DNA from: an uncultured Gemmatimonadales bacterium
GTDB lineage: Bacteria > Gemmatimonadota > Gemmatimonadetes > Longimicrobiales > RSA9
Direction: 5' to 3'
NCBI GenBank assembly: GCA_963741945.1
Contig: CAVUKA010000007.1
Location: forward strand, 61,585 to 125,584
DNA: 64,000 nucleotides
A model generated the notes under the pieces. The model was given only the letters and a program-made list of their open reading frames with translations. It did not search any database and was not told where the DNA came from. The translations under genes were made by a program, and so were the position numbers. Each line of letters opens with the position of its first letter. Positions within the stretch are counted from its first letter, which is position 1. Shown here in pieces: positions 29,901 to 41,201 of this stretch.

Positions 29901-31220
29901 ATGAGCAGCACGACAGCGGTGGCCGGGCGGCGGACCATCAAGGTCGACCACCTGGCGCGGGTGGAGGGGCACGGCGGCATCACGGTGGAGCTGGACGGCG
30001 ATCACATCGAGGGTGTGCGCTTCGACGTGTTCGAAGGGATCCGGCTGATCGAGGGGCTGGTGGGCGGCCGGAGCTGGGACGACGTGTCGCAGATCGTTTC
30101 GCGCATCTGCGCCATCTGCTCCGTGGCTCACGCCCTGACGTCGATCCGGGCGACGGAGCGCGCGTTCGGGATCCAGCCCACGCACCAGACGGACCTCCTG
30201 CGCGACCTCATGTGGCGGGGTGAGAACATCGAGAGCCACGCGCTCCACATCTTCCTGCTGGCCGCCCCCGACTACCTCGGCTACCCGAGCGCCACGGCCA
30301 TGGCCGCGGACCATCCGGGAGCCGTGGCCCTGGGGCTCCGGCTCAAGAAGCTGGGGAACCGGATCCAGGAGCTCATCGGCGGGCGGGCGATCCACCCGGT
30401 GAACGCGATCCCCGGCGGATTCGGGCGCGTGCCGGGTGAAGCGCCGCTCATCGAGCTGCGCTGCCAGCTCGAGGAGGCACGGACCGACGTGGAGCAGATG
30501 CTGGAGCTCATGCGCGCCCTGCCCCGCATCGAGCCGCTGGACAGCGACACCGTCTACGCGGCGCTGCGCCCGGACCGGGGATACCGCTACGACCAGGGCT
30601 CGGAAGTGGTCTTCCTGCGTGACGGGGAGCGACGCAGCGTTGCGGTGGACGACCTGCGGAAGGTGGCGCCGGAGCACACCGTGTCCCATTCGCACGCCAA
30701 GCACACCACCCTGGACGGGCGCCCGTTCATGGTGGGGGCGCTCGCGCGGCTGGCCGTGAACCGGGACCGGCTGCCGGACCGCGCCGGGGAGCTGCTGGAC
30801 GACCTGGCGATCCAGCTCCCGTCCCGCGATCCGCTCGACAACAACAAGGCGCAGGCCATCGAGCTGGTCATGGACATCGACCGCTCCGTGGAGCTCGTGG
30901 ACGAGCTCCTCTCCCGCGGACCGGAGCCCCAGCTCCCGCTCCGCATCCGGCCCCGGGCGGGCACCGGGACGGTGGTGAGCGAGGCGCCGCGCGGGATCCT
31001 CCTGCACAGCTACACGTTCGACTCCGCCGGGATCATCACGGCGGCGGACGTGATCACGCCCACGGCCTTCAACGCCGCGAGTGTCGAGGCGCACTTCCAG
31101 GCGGCGGTGCACCGTGATGGCGTGGCCAACGAGGACGCCCTCAGGCACACGCTGGAGATGATCGCGCGGGCGTACGACCCGTGCATCTCCTGCTCGGTCC
31201 ACCTCGTGCAAAGGAGGTAG
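29901..31220 (+). CDS. hydA: group 3b [NiFe]-hydrogenase large (alpha) subunit
   Basis: ARVEGHG, L1 SRICAICSVAH, EAPRG, ITPT, L2 RAYDPCISCSVH followed by a short cleavable tail LVQRR. Confidence 0.95.
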   Translation: MSSTTAVAGRRTIKVDHLARVEGHGGITVELDGDHIEGVRFDVFEGIRLIEGLVGGRSWDDVSQIVSRICAICSVAHALTSIRATERAFGIQPTHQTDLLRDLMWRGENIESHALHIFLLAAPDYLGYPSATAMAADHPGAVALGLRLKKLGNRIQELIGGRAIHPVNAIPGGFGRVPGEAPLIELRCQLEEARTDVEQMLELMRALPRIEPLDSDTVYAALRPDRGYRYDQGSEVVFLRDGERRSVAVDDLRKVAPEHTVSHSHAKHTTLDGRPFMVGALARLAVNRDRLPDRAGELLDDLAIQLPSRDPLDNNKAQAIELVMDIDRSVELVDELLSRGPEPQLPLRIRPRAGTGTVVSEAPRGILLHSYTFDSAGIITAADVITPTAFNAASVEAHFQAAVHRDGVANEDALRHTLEMIARAYDPCISCSVHLVQRR

Positions 31221-31228
31221 CGGGAGGA

Positions 31229-33292
31229 GTGTTCCGCACGTTCTTCCGGAACCTGTCGCTCAGCGCCAAGCTGATCTCGAGCTATCTGGTCTTTCTCGGG
31301 ATCGGCGGGCTGGCCATCACCGTGGTGGGCTCCACCATCGTGAGCTCCACCATCATGGCCGAAGCCGAGCGCACCGTGAGCCACGACCTGGCCATCGCCC
31401 GCGCGATGTACCGCCAGGATGTCCGGCTGCTGGACCGAACCGTGCGCGTGGCGGCGGCCGGGTCCGAGCTGAGCGACCTCCTGGCCCGGAACGACACGGC
31501 AGCCGTCCGCGCCTACCTCGCCGACATCCGCTCCCAGGGGCGGATGGACTTCCTCGCCGTGACCGGCCCCGACGGGCGCGTTCGCGTGCGCGCCGCCCCG
31601 GACGGCGCCCGGCTCGACGACGCCGCCCGCCTCCCCGTGGTGGGGCAGGCGCTGGACACGGGACGGCCGCAGGCCGGCACCATGGTCATGAGCGCGGCCG
31701 AGCTCGAGCGCGAGGACCCGGCCCTGCGGGCACGCGCGCGCGTCCCGCTCATGCCCACGGCACGCGCCGAGCCGTCTCGCCGGCGCGAGATCACGTCCGG
31801 CCTCGTGCTCGCCGCCGCCGCGCCGGTCAAGGACGCGGACGGGAACGTCATCGGCACCGTCTACGCCGGGCACCTCCTGAACGGTGACTTCGACATCGTG
31901 GACGCGGTCTGGGACGAGCTGTACGAGGGCGACGCCCGCGACAGCGTCGAGGTCGGCGGCACGGTCACCCTGTTCCTGGGCGACGTGCGGCTGTCTACCA
32001 ATGTGCGGACGCCGACAGGAGAACGCGCCACCGGCACCCGGGTCTCCGCGCCCGTGGCCGAAGCGGTGCTCAAGCGCGGCGAGCGGTGGAACGGCCGCGC
32101 GTTCGTGGTGGATGACTGGTTCATCACGGCCTACGAGCCGCTGCGCGACGTCACCGGCCGGATCGTGGGAATGCTCTACGTGGGGCTGCCGGAAGCGTCG
32201 TACGTAGCCACCCGCGACCGCGTGATCCTGTCCTTCATCGGCATTGCCAGCGTCGGCTTCCTGCTCGTGCTCGCGGTCACCTACATCGGGATCCAGCGCA
32301 TGACGCGGCCGCTCGGCCAGATGGCGGCGGCCACGCGCAGCATCGCGGCCGGCGACTTCGACCACGAAGTGGAGGTCGACCCGCGCTCGGAGAGCGAGAT
32401 CGCCCGGCTGGCGGGGTCGTTCAACCTCATGCTCCAGGGGCTGCGCCAGATGCGCGGCGACCTGGAGGAGTGGGCGCTCACGCTGGAGGAGAAGGTCCGC
32501 GAGCGCACGGACGAGCTGGTCAAGATGCAGGCGCGCGTGGCGCAGTCCGAGCGGCTGGCATCGCTGGGGATGCTCGCCGCCGGCGTCGCCCACGAGGTGA
32601 ACAATCCCCTCGGCGGCATCCTCGCCCTCACGTCGCTCACGCTCGAGGAGATCCCCGAGGACCACCCCGAGCGCGAGAACCTGGAGGAAGTGGTCCGGCA
32701 AACGGAGCGCTGTCGCGACATCGTCAAGCACCTCCTCGAGTTCTCCCGGCAGACCGAGGTCAGCCCCGAAGAGCTCAACCTGAACGAGATCCTGGAGCGC
32801 ACGCTCGCTTTGCTCCGCCGCCAGTCGCTCTTCTTCAACATCCAGGTCGACACCCACCTGGCGCCCGACCTGCCGCCGATCTTCGGCGACAGCTCCCAGC
32901 TGGAGCAGGTGTTCATGAACATCCTCATGAACGCCGTCCAGGCCATGGACGAGCAGGGAACCATCACCATCACCACCCGCCGCGCCCCGGGCGACGATAG
33001 CTTCATCGAGCTGCTCTTCGCCGACACCGGAAAAGGGATCCCCGAAGAGCACGTCGGCCGCATCTTCGACCCCTTCTTCAGCACCGGGAAGGAAGGCCAG
33101 GGCACCGGCCTCGGCCTCTCCATCGCCTACGGCATCATCAGCAAGCACCAGGGCACCATCACCGTAGAAAGCCGGGTCGCCGAAGGCACCACCTTCACCA
33201 TCCGCCTCCCCGTCGCCGCCCGGTTCGCCGGCACGGCCGAAGAGGAGCTGGAAACGCCCGTCGTCGCATGGCTCGGAGGAGGAGACGCATGA
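31229..33292 (+). CDS. membrane sensor histidine kinase (Cache-like, HAMP, NtrB-like HisKA)
   Basis: Two TMs, TVTLFLGDVRLSTNV...RATGT, YEPLRD..GRIVGMLYVG; GVAHEVNNPL, EQVFMNILMNA, DTGKGI, GTGLGL; GGAGGA RBS before GTG. Confidence 0.92.
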   Translation: MFRTFFRNLSLSAKLISSYLVFLGIGGLAITVVGSTIVSSTIMAEAERTVSHDLAIARAMYRQDVRLLDRTVRVAAAGSELSDLLARNDTAAVRAYLADIRSQGRMDFLAVTGPDGRVRVRAAPDGARLDDAARLPVVGQALDTGRPQAGTMVMSAAELEREDPALRARARVPLMPTARAEPSRRREITSGLVLAAAAPVKDADGNVIGTVYAGHLLNGDFDIVDAVWDELYEGDARDSVEVGGTVTLFLGDVRLSTNVRTPTGERATGTRVSAPVAEAVLKRGERWNGRAFVVDDWFITAYEPLRDVTGRIVGMLYVGLPEASYVATRDRVILSFIGIASVGFLLVLAVTYIGIQRMTRPLGQMAAATRSIAAGDFDHEVEVDPRSESEIARLAGSFNLMLQGLRQMRGDLEEWALTLEEKVRERTDELVKMQARVAQSERLASLGMLAAGVAHEVNNPLGGILALTSLTLEEIPEDHPERENLEEVVRQTERCRDIVKHLLEFSRQTEVSPEELNLNEILERTLALLRRQSLFFNIQVDTHLAPDLPPIFGDSSQLEQVFMNILMNAVQAMDEQGTITITTRRAPGDDSFIELLFADTGKGIPEEHVGRIFDPFFSTGKEGQGTGLGLSIAYGIISKHQGTITVESRVAEGTTFTIRLPVAARFAGTAEEELETPVVAWLGGGDA

Positions 33293-33775
33293 GCGCAGAA
33301 CGCCCCATCCTCGTGGTCGGTCTCGGAAACCCCCTCTCGGGCGACGATGGCGTCGGCTGCGCCCTCGCCCACCTCCTCGCCAGCGACCCCGCTCTCCCGC
33401 CGCACGTCGAGGTCATCGAGGGCGGCACCGACCTCCTCCGCCTCGAGAGCCGCCTCGAGGACCGCCGCTGGATCGTCCTCGTCGACGCACTCCTCGATCC
33501 CGGCGAGCCCGGACGCCTGCTCCGCTTCGACGGCGACCTCGAAGAGCTCGACCACCACGGCGGCAGCGTCCACCACATGCCTCCCACCGCCGCCCTCCGC
33601 CTCCTCCGCTGCCTCTATCCCCACCTCGCCGCCGTCCCCGTCACCTTCCTCGGCGTCACCATCGACTGCGCCGCCATCGACACCCACCTCTCCGCACCTC
33701 TCCAGGCCCGACATCGACGCCGTAGCGCACGAAATCCTGCTGACCGTCAGCGACCCAGAGCCCGGGCTCGCCTGA
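33289..33775 (+). CDS. hydrogenase maturation protease (HycI/HoxW-like) with apparent frameshift near 33710
   Basis: VVGLGNPLSGDDGVG, EGGT, LVDA, SVHH; a plausible last helix IDAVAHEILLTV...* lies in another frame ending 33775 (the unshifted frame runs to 33891). Confidence 0.85.
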
Positions 33776-33911
33776 TCCCAAGCCGGCGCCACACCCCTCA
33801 CCCGGACCCGCCATCGCGCCGCTGTCCGACCGGTCCGCCGCGGCGCGATATGTGTGGGGCATTCCCCTACCTGAACCGGGTTGAGACGTAGGGAGTTGAA
33901 CTACATCTCCC

Positions 33912-33940
33912 TTGCGCACGGTGTCAGGTAGTCCCATACT
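33912..33940 (+). promoter_or_regulatory. putative sigma70 promoter
   Basis: TTGCGC-17 nt-CATACT in a lower-GC intergenic stretch about 80 nt upstream of the next CDS. Confidence 0.4.
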
Positions 33941-34020
33941 TGTTGAAATGCGACACCGAGGTCCCAAAACGGCGCTGACCTTCCGTCGGTGCCGGAACCC
34001 CCCCTGTTCGGAGGTCTTTG

Positions 34021-35877
34021 ATGCGCTCACCCGCAGTGTTACCCGTGCCCCCCCGATCGGCGTTGCGCGCGGGAATCGCAGCCGCAGTCGCTGCACTTTC
34101 TCTCGCGGGTTGTGACGCCGGTGGCGCGACCGCGCCGGCGGCCCCGGCGAGCCCGGATGCCCAGATCGTGGATGGAGCGCACGGCGGCGCTTATCACGGC
34201 TTCCTGTTCCTGCCGCCGCTGACGGACAACCCCGACTTGGGTGGGCAGACGCCGCTGGCGGAGCTCGCGCCGCGGGTGGAGATCTGCATCGTGGACATGA
34301 GTGCCAACCCATGGTCCTGCGACGAGAACGGAGCGGTGCTGACGTTCGACCCCTCGGAGATCTCGTACGTGAGCGGTCACTATCAGGTGGACTGGGATAC
34401 GCAGAGCCCATATCAGGTGAAGCCGACGTCCTCCGGTGACACGACGACCTACCGGCTGACCGCGTTCCTGGGCTCGGTGGCCCTGGGTCACGTCGATCTC
34501 CAGTTCGGGAGCAATGGCGGGTCGGCGAAGAACCTGAGCACCGATGACGTGGTGGGGCTCAAGGACGGCCGTACCATGCCGGTGAAGTTCTTCCTTGGCT
34601 CGTCGCTGAACGACGATGTGTGCGGCGAGGGGAACGACTGCAAGCTCGGAACGGCGTATCCGGCGCAGGACAACCTGTTCGTGACGCGGGACGGCGATGC
34701 CCTGCTCTATATCCCGGATGGAGCGCTGCCGTCGGGCGGTCCCTATCACGTGAAGATCGAGGAGAAGTCGTGCACGCTCGATTTCCCGGCAGACCTCTAC
34801 TCGGCGGCCAACAGCGAGAATCTCCCGGAATACAACTCGTGCTACGAGTACACGATCGAGGACGAGAGCAATCCGCAGACCCACGTCGACCTCCTGGCGC
34901 CGGTGACCGTGGGTCAGTGCCGCGCGGAGAACGAGATCCCGGCCGGGCACGAGGACGAACTGCAGCTTGGTGCGTACCACCCGCACAACCAAACGTACGA
35001 GCTGCTCCCGAACACGGATGTCCCGACGACCCTGAGCTGCGACGACTACACGCCGCCCGGGACGCAGATCACCTTCCTGAGCCGAGCCGTGCGGGGCGTT
35101 CGGGACTTCTTCCTCGGCGAGCCGGCGTACGCGGGGCACCTGGGGCTGGGCGGAAGCGTGCGCGACCTGTCCACAATCAAGTGGGTCGACCCGGGATTGA
35201 GGGTAGCGGGGTTCAGCGAGCTGCGGGGTGGCTTCTCGTCGGTGCGCTCCGGCGCGCTGTCCGAGGCGATGAACCTGCTCCGGGATACCTACGGATACGT
35301 GTGGCGCGACACGGCCTCGACGCTGAGCTCATCGCTCTTCGACCCGGACGTGGACGTGGCGCTGCTCGGCACGGGGAAGAGCAACACGTCAGCGATCACC
35401 GCCCTGGGCTCGGCTGAACAGACCGCGCTGCACGACTACGTGGCGAACGGCGGCTGCGCGATCCTGCTGCCGGACAACGACTCGTTCGGCGGGGCCGGGA
35501 CGGACGCGGTGAACGAGAGCCTGATCGACCCGTTCGGCCTGGATATCACCGGAACGCTCAACAATCAGCGGACGGCGACCACGAGTGGCAGTCTCACGGT
35601 CGTCAGCGGCGTCGGGAGCTTCCTCCAGAACTACCCCGGGTGGTTCGATGGGACCGGTGCTGGAACGCCGTTCGCCAGCAACGACGGCGGGACGGCCGCG
35701 CTGGAGATCGAGCCTGGCATGATCGGCGCTGGCTCGGGCCCCGTGTTCGCCTTCAGCGACGTGAACCAGTTCTTCGGCGGGAATTACGCGGGCAAGATCG
35801 GCAACGCCAGCAATCGGACGCTCCTGGTGAACTCGGTCGCCGCGTGCGGTACGGAGCCTACTCCGCAATCGAACTGA
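34021..35877 (+). CDS. large hypothetical lipoprotein, beta-rich and Cys-containing
   Basis: GGAGG RBS, lipobox LAGC; C-terminal part (TALHDYVANGG) resembles GATase-like/DUF4350 folds. Confidence 0.8.
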   Translation: MRSPAVLPVPPRSALRAGIAAAVAALSLAGCDAGGATAPAAPASPDAQIVDGAHGGAYHGFLFLPPLTDNPDLGGQTPLAELAPRVEICIVDMSANPWSCDENGAVLTFDPSEISYVSGHYQVDWDTQSPYQVKPTSSGDTTTYRLTAFLGSVALGHVDLQFGSNGGSAKNLSTDDVVGLKDGRTMPVKFFLGSSLNDDVCGEGNDCKLGTAYPAQDNLFVTRDGDALLYIPDGALPSGGPYHVKIEEKSCTLDFPADLYSAANSENLPEYNSCYEYTIEDESNPQTHVDLLAPVTVGQCRAENEIPAGHEDELQLGAYHPHNQTYELLPNTDVPTTLSCDDYTPPGTQITFLSRAVRGVRDFFLGEPAYAGHLGLGGSVRDLSTIKWVDPGLRVAGFSELRGGFSSVRSGALSEAMNLLRDTYGYVWRDTASTLSSSLFDPDVDVALLGTGKSNTSAITALGSAEQTALHDYVANGGCAILLPDNDSFGGAGTDAVNESLIDPFGLDITGTLNNQRTATTSGSLTVVSGVGSFLQNYPGWFDGTGAGTPFASNDGGTAALEIEPGMIGAGSGPVFAFSDVNQFFGGNYAGKIGNASNRTLLVNSVAACGTEPTPQSN

Positions 35878-35893
35878 CCGCAGCACTCCCCTC

Positions 35894-35925
35894 GCCGCCC
35901 GGGTGCTTCACGGTGCCCGGGCGGC
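35894..35925 (+). terminator. GC-rich intergenic hairpin
   Basis: GCCGCCCGGG / CCCGGGCGGC stem; no U-tract. Confidence 0.35.
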
Positions 35926-35959
35926 TCGGGCTCGGCGTTCTGAACCAAGGGAAGCATCG

Positions 35960-37831
35960 ATGAGCACGATTCGCGAGCTCAAGCAGCGACGATTCGTCCA
36001 GATCCTCCTCGGCTACCTGGCGGCCGGGTGGGTGATCATCGAGGCGTTCGACCAGCTGACGCAGAACAACATCATCCCCGGGCTGGCGTATCGTCTGGCG
36101 CTCATCTGGTTCCTGGTGGGGATCCCGGCGGCGGGCATCGTGGCGTGGTTCCACGGTGAGCAGGGACGCCAGAAGGTTCCAAAGAGCGAGATCGCGCTCC
36201 TGGCGCTGATCGCGCTGGGGCTGGTGGGGTTCACGGCCCGTACGGTGGACGGGCACCTGGAGGAGGAGCGGGCCAAGGTGGGCGCCGTGGAAGCCGGTCT
36301 CGCGACGAACCGGATTGCGGTGCTGTACTTCACGGACCGGACGAACGACGGCGAGCTCGGCTCGCTGGCGGACGCGTTCACGGAAGACCTGATCCGGGAG
36401 CTGTCGCGGGTCCCGGACCTGGACGTGGTGAGCGCGAACGGTGTGCGGCCGTACCGGGGTGAGGAGGACCCGGACGTGGTGGCGCTGGCGGACACGCTGA
36501 AGGCGGGGACGGTGGTTGAGGGGACCGTCGGCAAGAGCAAGGACGGGGTGGCCGTGGATCTGGCGCTGGTGGACGGCGGCAGCGGCGCCGTGTTCCGGCG
36601 GGCCAGCCTGGAAGTGCCGCTCCCCACGTACGTGGAGGGTGGGACGCGGCTGGCGCGGGAGGCGGCGCGCATGCTCCGCGAGCGGCTGGGCGAGGAGGTC
36701 ACGCTGCGGGAGACGCGGAGCGAGACGGACAACACGGCCGCGTGGAGCCTGCTCCAGCAGGGCAAGCGGGCGATGAAGGATGCCGAGGACGCGCTGGACG
36801 CGGACAACACCGATCGTGCCGATGTCCTGTACCAGAAGGCGGACTCGCTGCTGGCGGGCGCAGCCCGGCTGGACACGGCGTGGGCGCGGCCGATGGCGCT
36901 GCGCTCCGAAGTCGCCTACAAGCGGGCCCGGATCCCGGCGGAGCTTGCGGCCGGTCTGCCGCAGACGCTGGCAGCGATCCGGTACGGCGACGAAGCGGTG
37001 GCGCGTGACCCCACGGACGCGGGCGGACTGGAAGCGCGCGGGACGGCGCGCTACTGGCGCTGGCTGACGGATCCCGAGCTGGAGGGGGCGGCGAGGAACC
37101 AGCTGATCACGTCGGCGAAGCAGGACCTGGAAGCGGCGGTGCAGCGGGACCCGCACCGGGCCTCCGCGTTCGCCACGCTGTCGCACCTCTACTACAACGA
37201 CCCGAGCGCGCCCGGTCTCACGGCGGTGCTGATGGCGGCGCAGCGGGCGTACGAGGAAGACGCCTTCCTGTCCTCGGCGGCGAACGTGCTCTGGCGCATC
37301 CACACCGCCGCCCTGGACATCGGCCAGTTCCCGCCGGCAGTGAAGGCCTGCGACGAAGGCCTCCAGCGCTTCCCGGGCGACTACCGCTTCCGCATCTGCG
37401 GGATCCGGCTCATGGCCTCGCCCGCGATAGCGGCCGACGCGGACTCGGCGTGGCACCTCGCCGCGGAGGCCGATTCGCTGATGCCGGAGAGCGAGCGCCC
37501 GTTCTACGACGTCGAGAATCGCATCTTCATCGCCGCCGTCCTGCAGCGCGCCGGCCGCACCGACAGCGCGCGGGCGGTGCTGGACCGGGTGGCGGCGACA
37601 GCGGACGACCCGCGCATCGATCCGCACCGCGATCTCTGGCTGCGCGAGGCCATCGTCCGCAGCCGGCTCGGCGACACGCACGACGCGGTGGCGCTCGTGC
37701 GCAAGTACCTGGTGGCGAACCCGGGGCACCACTTCGACCAGAAGGACGGCCTCTCCTGGTGGTGGCGCGACCTCGAGCCGGTGCCCGCGTTCCAGCAGCT
37801 GCTGGCGCTACAGGCCACCGACGACCGATGA
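35960..37831 (+). CDS. membrane-anchored TolB-N-like / TPR protein
   Basis: RELKQRRFVQILLGY..GW 3-TM N-terminus; IAVLYF..., TEDLIRELSRVPDLDVVS, VVEGTV; TPR-like helices. Confidence 0.8.
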   Translation: MSTIRELKQRRFVQILLGYLAAGWVIIEAFDQLTQNNIIPGLAYRLALIWFLVGIPAAGIVAWFHGEQGRQKVPKSEIALLALIALGLVGFTARTVDGHLEEERAKVGAVEAGLATNRIAVLYFTDRTNDGELGSLADAFTEDLIRELSRVPDLDVVSANGVRPYRGEEDPDVVALADTLKAGTVVEGTVGKSKDGVAVDLALVDGGSGAVFRRASLEVPLPTYVEGGTRLAREAARMLRERLGEEVTLRETRSETDNTAAWSLLQQGKRAMKDAEDALDADNTDRADVLYQKADSLLAGAARLDTAWARPMALRSEVAYKRARIPAELAAGLPQTLAAIRYGDEAVARDPTDAGGLEARGTARYWRWLTDPELEGAARNQLITSAKQDLEAAVQRDPHRASAFATLSHLYYNDPSAPGLTAVLMAAQRAYEEDAFLSSAANVLWRIHTAALDIGQFPPAVKACDEGLQRFPGDYRFRICGIRLMASPAIAADADSAWHLAAEADSLMPESERPFYDVENRIFIAAVLQRAGRTDSARAVLDRVAATADDPRIDPHRDLWLREAIVRSRLGDTHDAVALVRKYLVANPGHHFDQKDGLSWWWRDLEPVPAFQQLLALQATDDR

Positions 37832-37890
37832 CGCCCCCGGACCCGTGCGACCCCCGCGCGACCACACTCTCACAGAAGGAGTCACAGGCA

Positions 37891-38382
37891 ATGAATGGTG
37901 AGTCCAACGGCGCCTCCGCAGACGCTCGCCGCGTCCGGGTCACGCTGCGCTACATCGAGATCCTCGACAGCAAGGACGTGGACATCTACGGCGAGTTCCG
38001 CTTCCGCTTCCGCGCGGGGGTTCCCGAGCGAGAGGCGGTGGTGGAGACCCGGATCCCCGAGGATCCGAAAGCGCACCTCTCGATCTCCGAGCACCCGGCC
38101 ATGAACCGGGTGACGCTGAACCAGGTGCTCTTCGAAGGGGAAGTGGCCGGTGACGAGACGCTCGTCGTCGAAGCGAACGGCGAGGAGCTCGACCGCTTCA
38201 GCCCGAACGACCCGCTCACCCCGTACCAGCGGGTGTTCGAGGGGCCGCTCGATCGCGTGCTCGGCGAGCATGGCCCGTGGGACGAGGGTTCCGAGGACGA
38301 GAAGGACCCCGAGCAGCTCGGCGACTGGCGCTTCGCCTACGCCATCGAAGCCGTCGACCGCGCCCGCACGCCCGCCACCTGA
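37891..38382 (+). CDS. hypothetical protein, acidic and beta-rich
   Basis: AAGGAG RBS; consistent codon usage. Confidence 0.75.
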   Translation: MNGESNGASADARRVRVTLRYIEILDSKDVDIYGEFRFRFRAGVPEREAVVETRIPEDPKAHLSISEHPAMNRVTLNQVLFEGEVAGDETLVVEANGEELDRFSPNDPLTPYQRVFEGPLDRVLGEHGPWDEGSEDEKDPEQLGDWRFAYAIEAVDRARTPAT

Positions 38383-38396
38383 TCCCGCCTGCAATG

Positions 38397-38431
38397 CGAC
38401 GGCGGAGCGCCGGGGAAGCGCTCCGCCGTCG
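38397..38431. terminator. hairpin between convergent genes
   Basis: Perfect 14-bp stem CGACGGCGGAGCGC / GCGCTCCGCCGTCG, 7-nt loop. Confidence 0.6.
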
Positions 38432-38490
38432 TCCCACCTCTTCGGCCTCGCCCGCGCGAGCGGTTGTCCCCGCGCCGCGGGCAGATCGCC

Positions 38491-39960
<1,470 letters not shown>

Positions 39961-40009
39961 CCGTATCTCCCCCATCTCGTGTCGTCGATCCCGGCCTCGC
40001 AGCCGCCCT

Positions 40010-40990
40010 TCACGCACTCGCCCGCCTCGCCGCCGCGGCGAACAGCAGCGGCCCCTTCGCCCCGGGATCCGTCGGCAGCCGCCGGTAGTGCACCGCCTCG
40101 AACCCGGCGGCCTCCAGCCACCCCGTCACCTGCTCCGCCTCGAACCCCTGCCAGACGTGCCCCATCCGCTCCCGGTACTCCTCCCGGCCGTGGGCCACCA
40201 TGTCCACCACCAGGACCCGTCCACCCGACCGCACGACCCGCGCCGCTTCCGCCAGCGCCAGCTCCGGCCGCGGAAGATAGTGGAGCACCAGCGACAGGAT
40301 CGCGACGTCCAGCTCGCCCGTCCCGAGCGGAAGCGCCTCCAGCCGTCCCCGCCGCAGCTCGATCCCCCCACCCGCGCGCGCGCCTGATGCGGACCCGCCC
40401 CCCTCGGCGGCCTCCCCGAAACCAGGCCGACGACGCGCCGCCGCCAGCATGTCCGCCGACTCGTCCACCCCGATCACACGCCCCACGTACGGCGCCACCG
40501 TTTCCGCCAGCTGGCCCGTCCCGCACCCGAGGTCCCCCACCACCCACGCCGGGTCCAGCAGCGCCAGCAGCGCCGGAAGCTCCGGACGGGGCCCGAACAG
40601 ATCCGCACGCACGCTGTCCCACTGCCCCGCCGCCGATGAGAAGAACTCCTGTGAGCGCGTGCGACGCCGCCCCACGATGTCCCCCGCCCGCGCCGCGTCC
40701 TGCGCCGCTTCGGCCGCGCCGGCCACCGCGTCCCGCACCACCGCCCACAGCCGCGCCGCTTCCGGCGCCAGCCGTGAGGACAACCGATAGTACCGGCTCG
40801 TCCCTTCCGCACGGCTGACCACCCACCCCTCGTTCGCCAGGATCCGCAGGTGCCGGCTCACCGTCGACTGCGGCAGCTGCACCACGGCCATCAGCTCCGC
40901 GACCGCGAGCTCGTGCCGCTCCAGGACATGGAGGATCCGCCCCCGCGCGGGGTCGGTGAGTGCGGCGAGGCGGCGGAGGGTATCATCCAT
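40010..40990 (-). CDS. sahR: ArsR-HTH + SAM-methyltransferase-fold regulator (SahR)
   Basis: [18 protein letters not shown]...AGQWD; DLGCGTG; LVLHY; directly upstream of ahcY. Confidence 0.88.
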   Translation of the reverse strand: MDDTLRRLAALTDPARGRILHVLERHELAVAELMAVVQLPQSTVSRHLRILANEGWVVSRAEGTSRYYRLSSRLAPEAARLWAVVRDAVAGAAEAAQDAARAGDIVGRRRTRSQEFFSSAAGQWDSVRADLFGPRPELPALLALLDPAWVVGDLGCGTGQLAETVAPYVGRVIGVDESADMLAAARRRPGFGEAAEGGGSASGARAGGGIELRRGRLEALPLGTGELDVAILSLVLHYLPRPELALAEAARVVRSGGRVLVVDMVAHGREEYRERMGHVWQGFEAEQVTGWLEAAGFEAVHYRRLPTDPGAKGPLLFAAAARRASA

Positions 40991-41004
40991 TGATCCGGAT
41001 GGAT
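40985..41004. promoter_or_regulatory. putative SahR operator overlapping the sahR start codon
   Basis: ATCCAT-N8-ATGGAT inverted repeat (20 bp); TTGACG -35-like hexamer on the minus strand at 41023-41028. Confidence 0.6.
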
Positions 41005-41201
41005 AAATGAATGACCCCCGCTCGTCAAGCGCGGCCGGGTGGAGACAGGCGGGCGACCGCGCGACCGGGGTGCGGTGCGGTCAGCGTCTCGGGACAGAGC
41101 CGGCCTGTGTGGTTCCGTGGGGCTCGGAACGTTAGCTTTGTGGGCAGCCTCGCGGAGGCGCCGCGACGAGCCCCCCACAGACCCCGAACCTGGAGTGAGC
41201 C

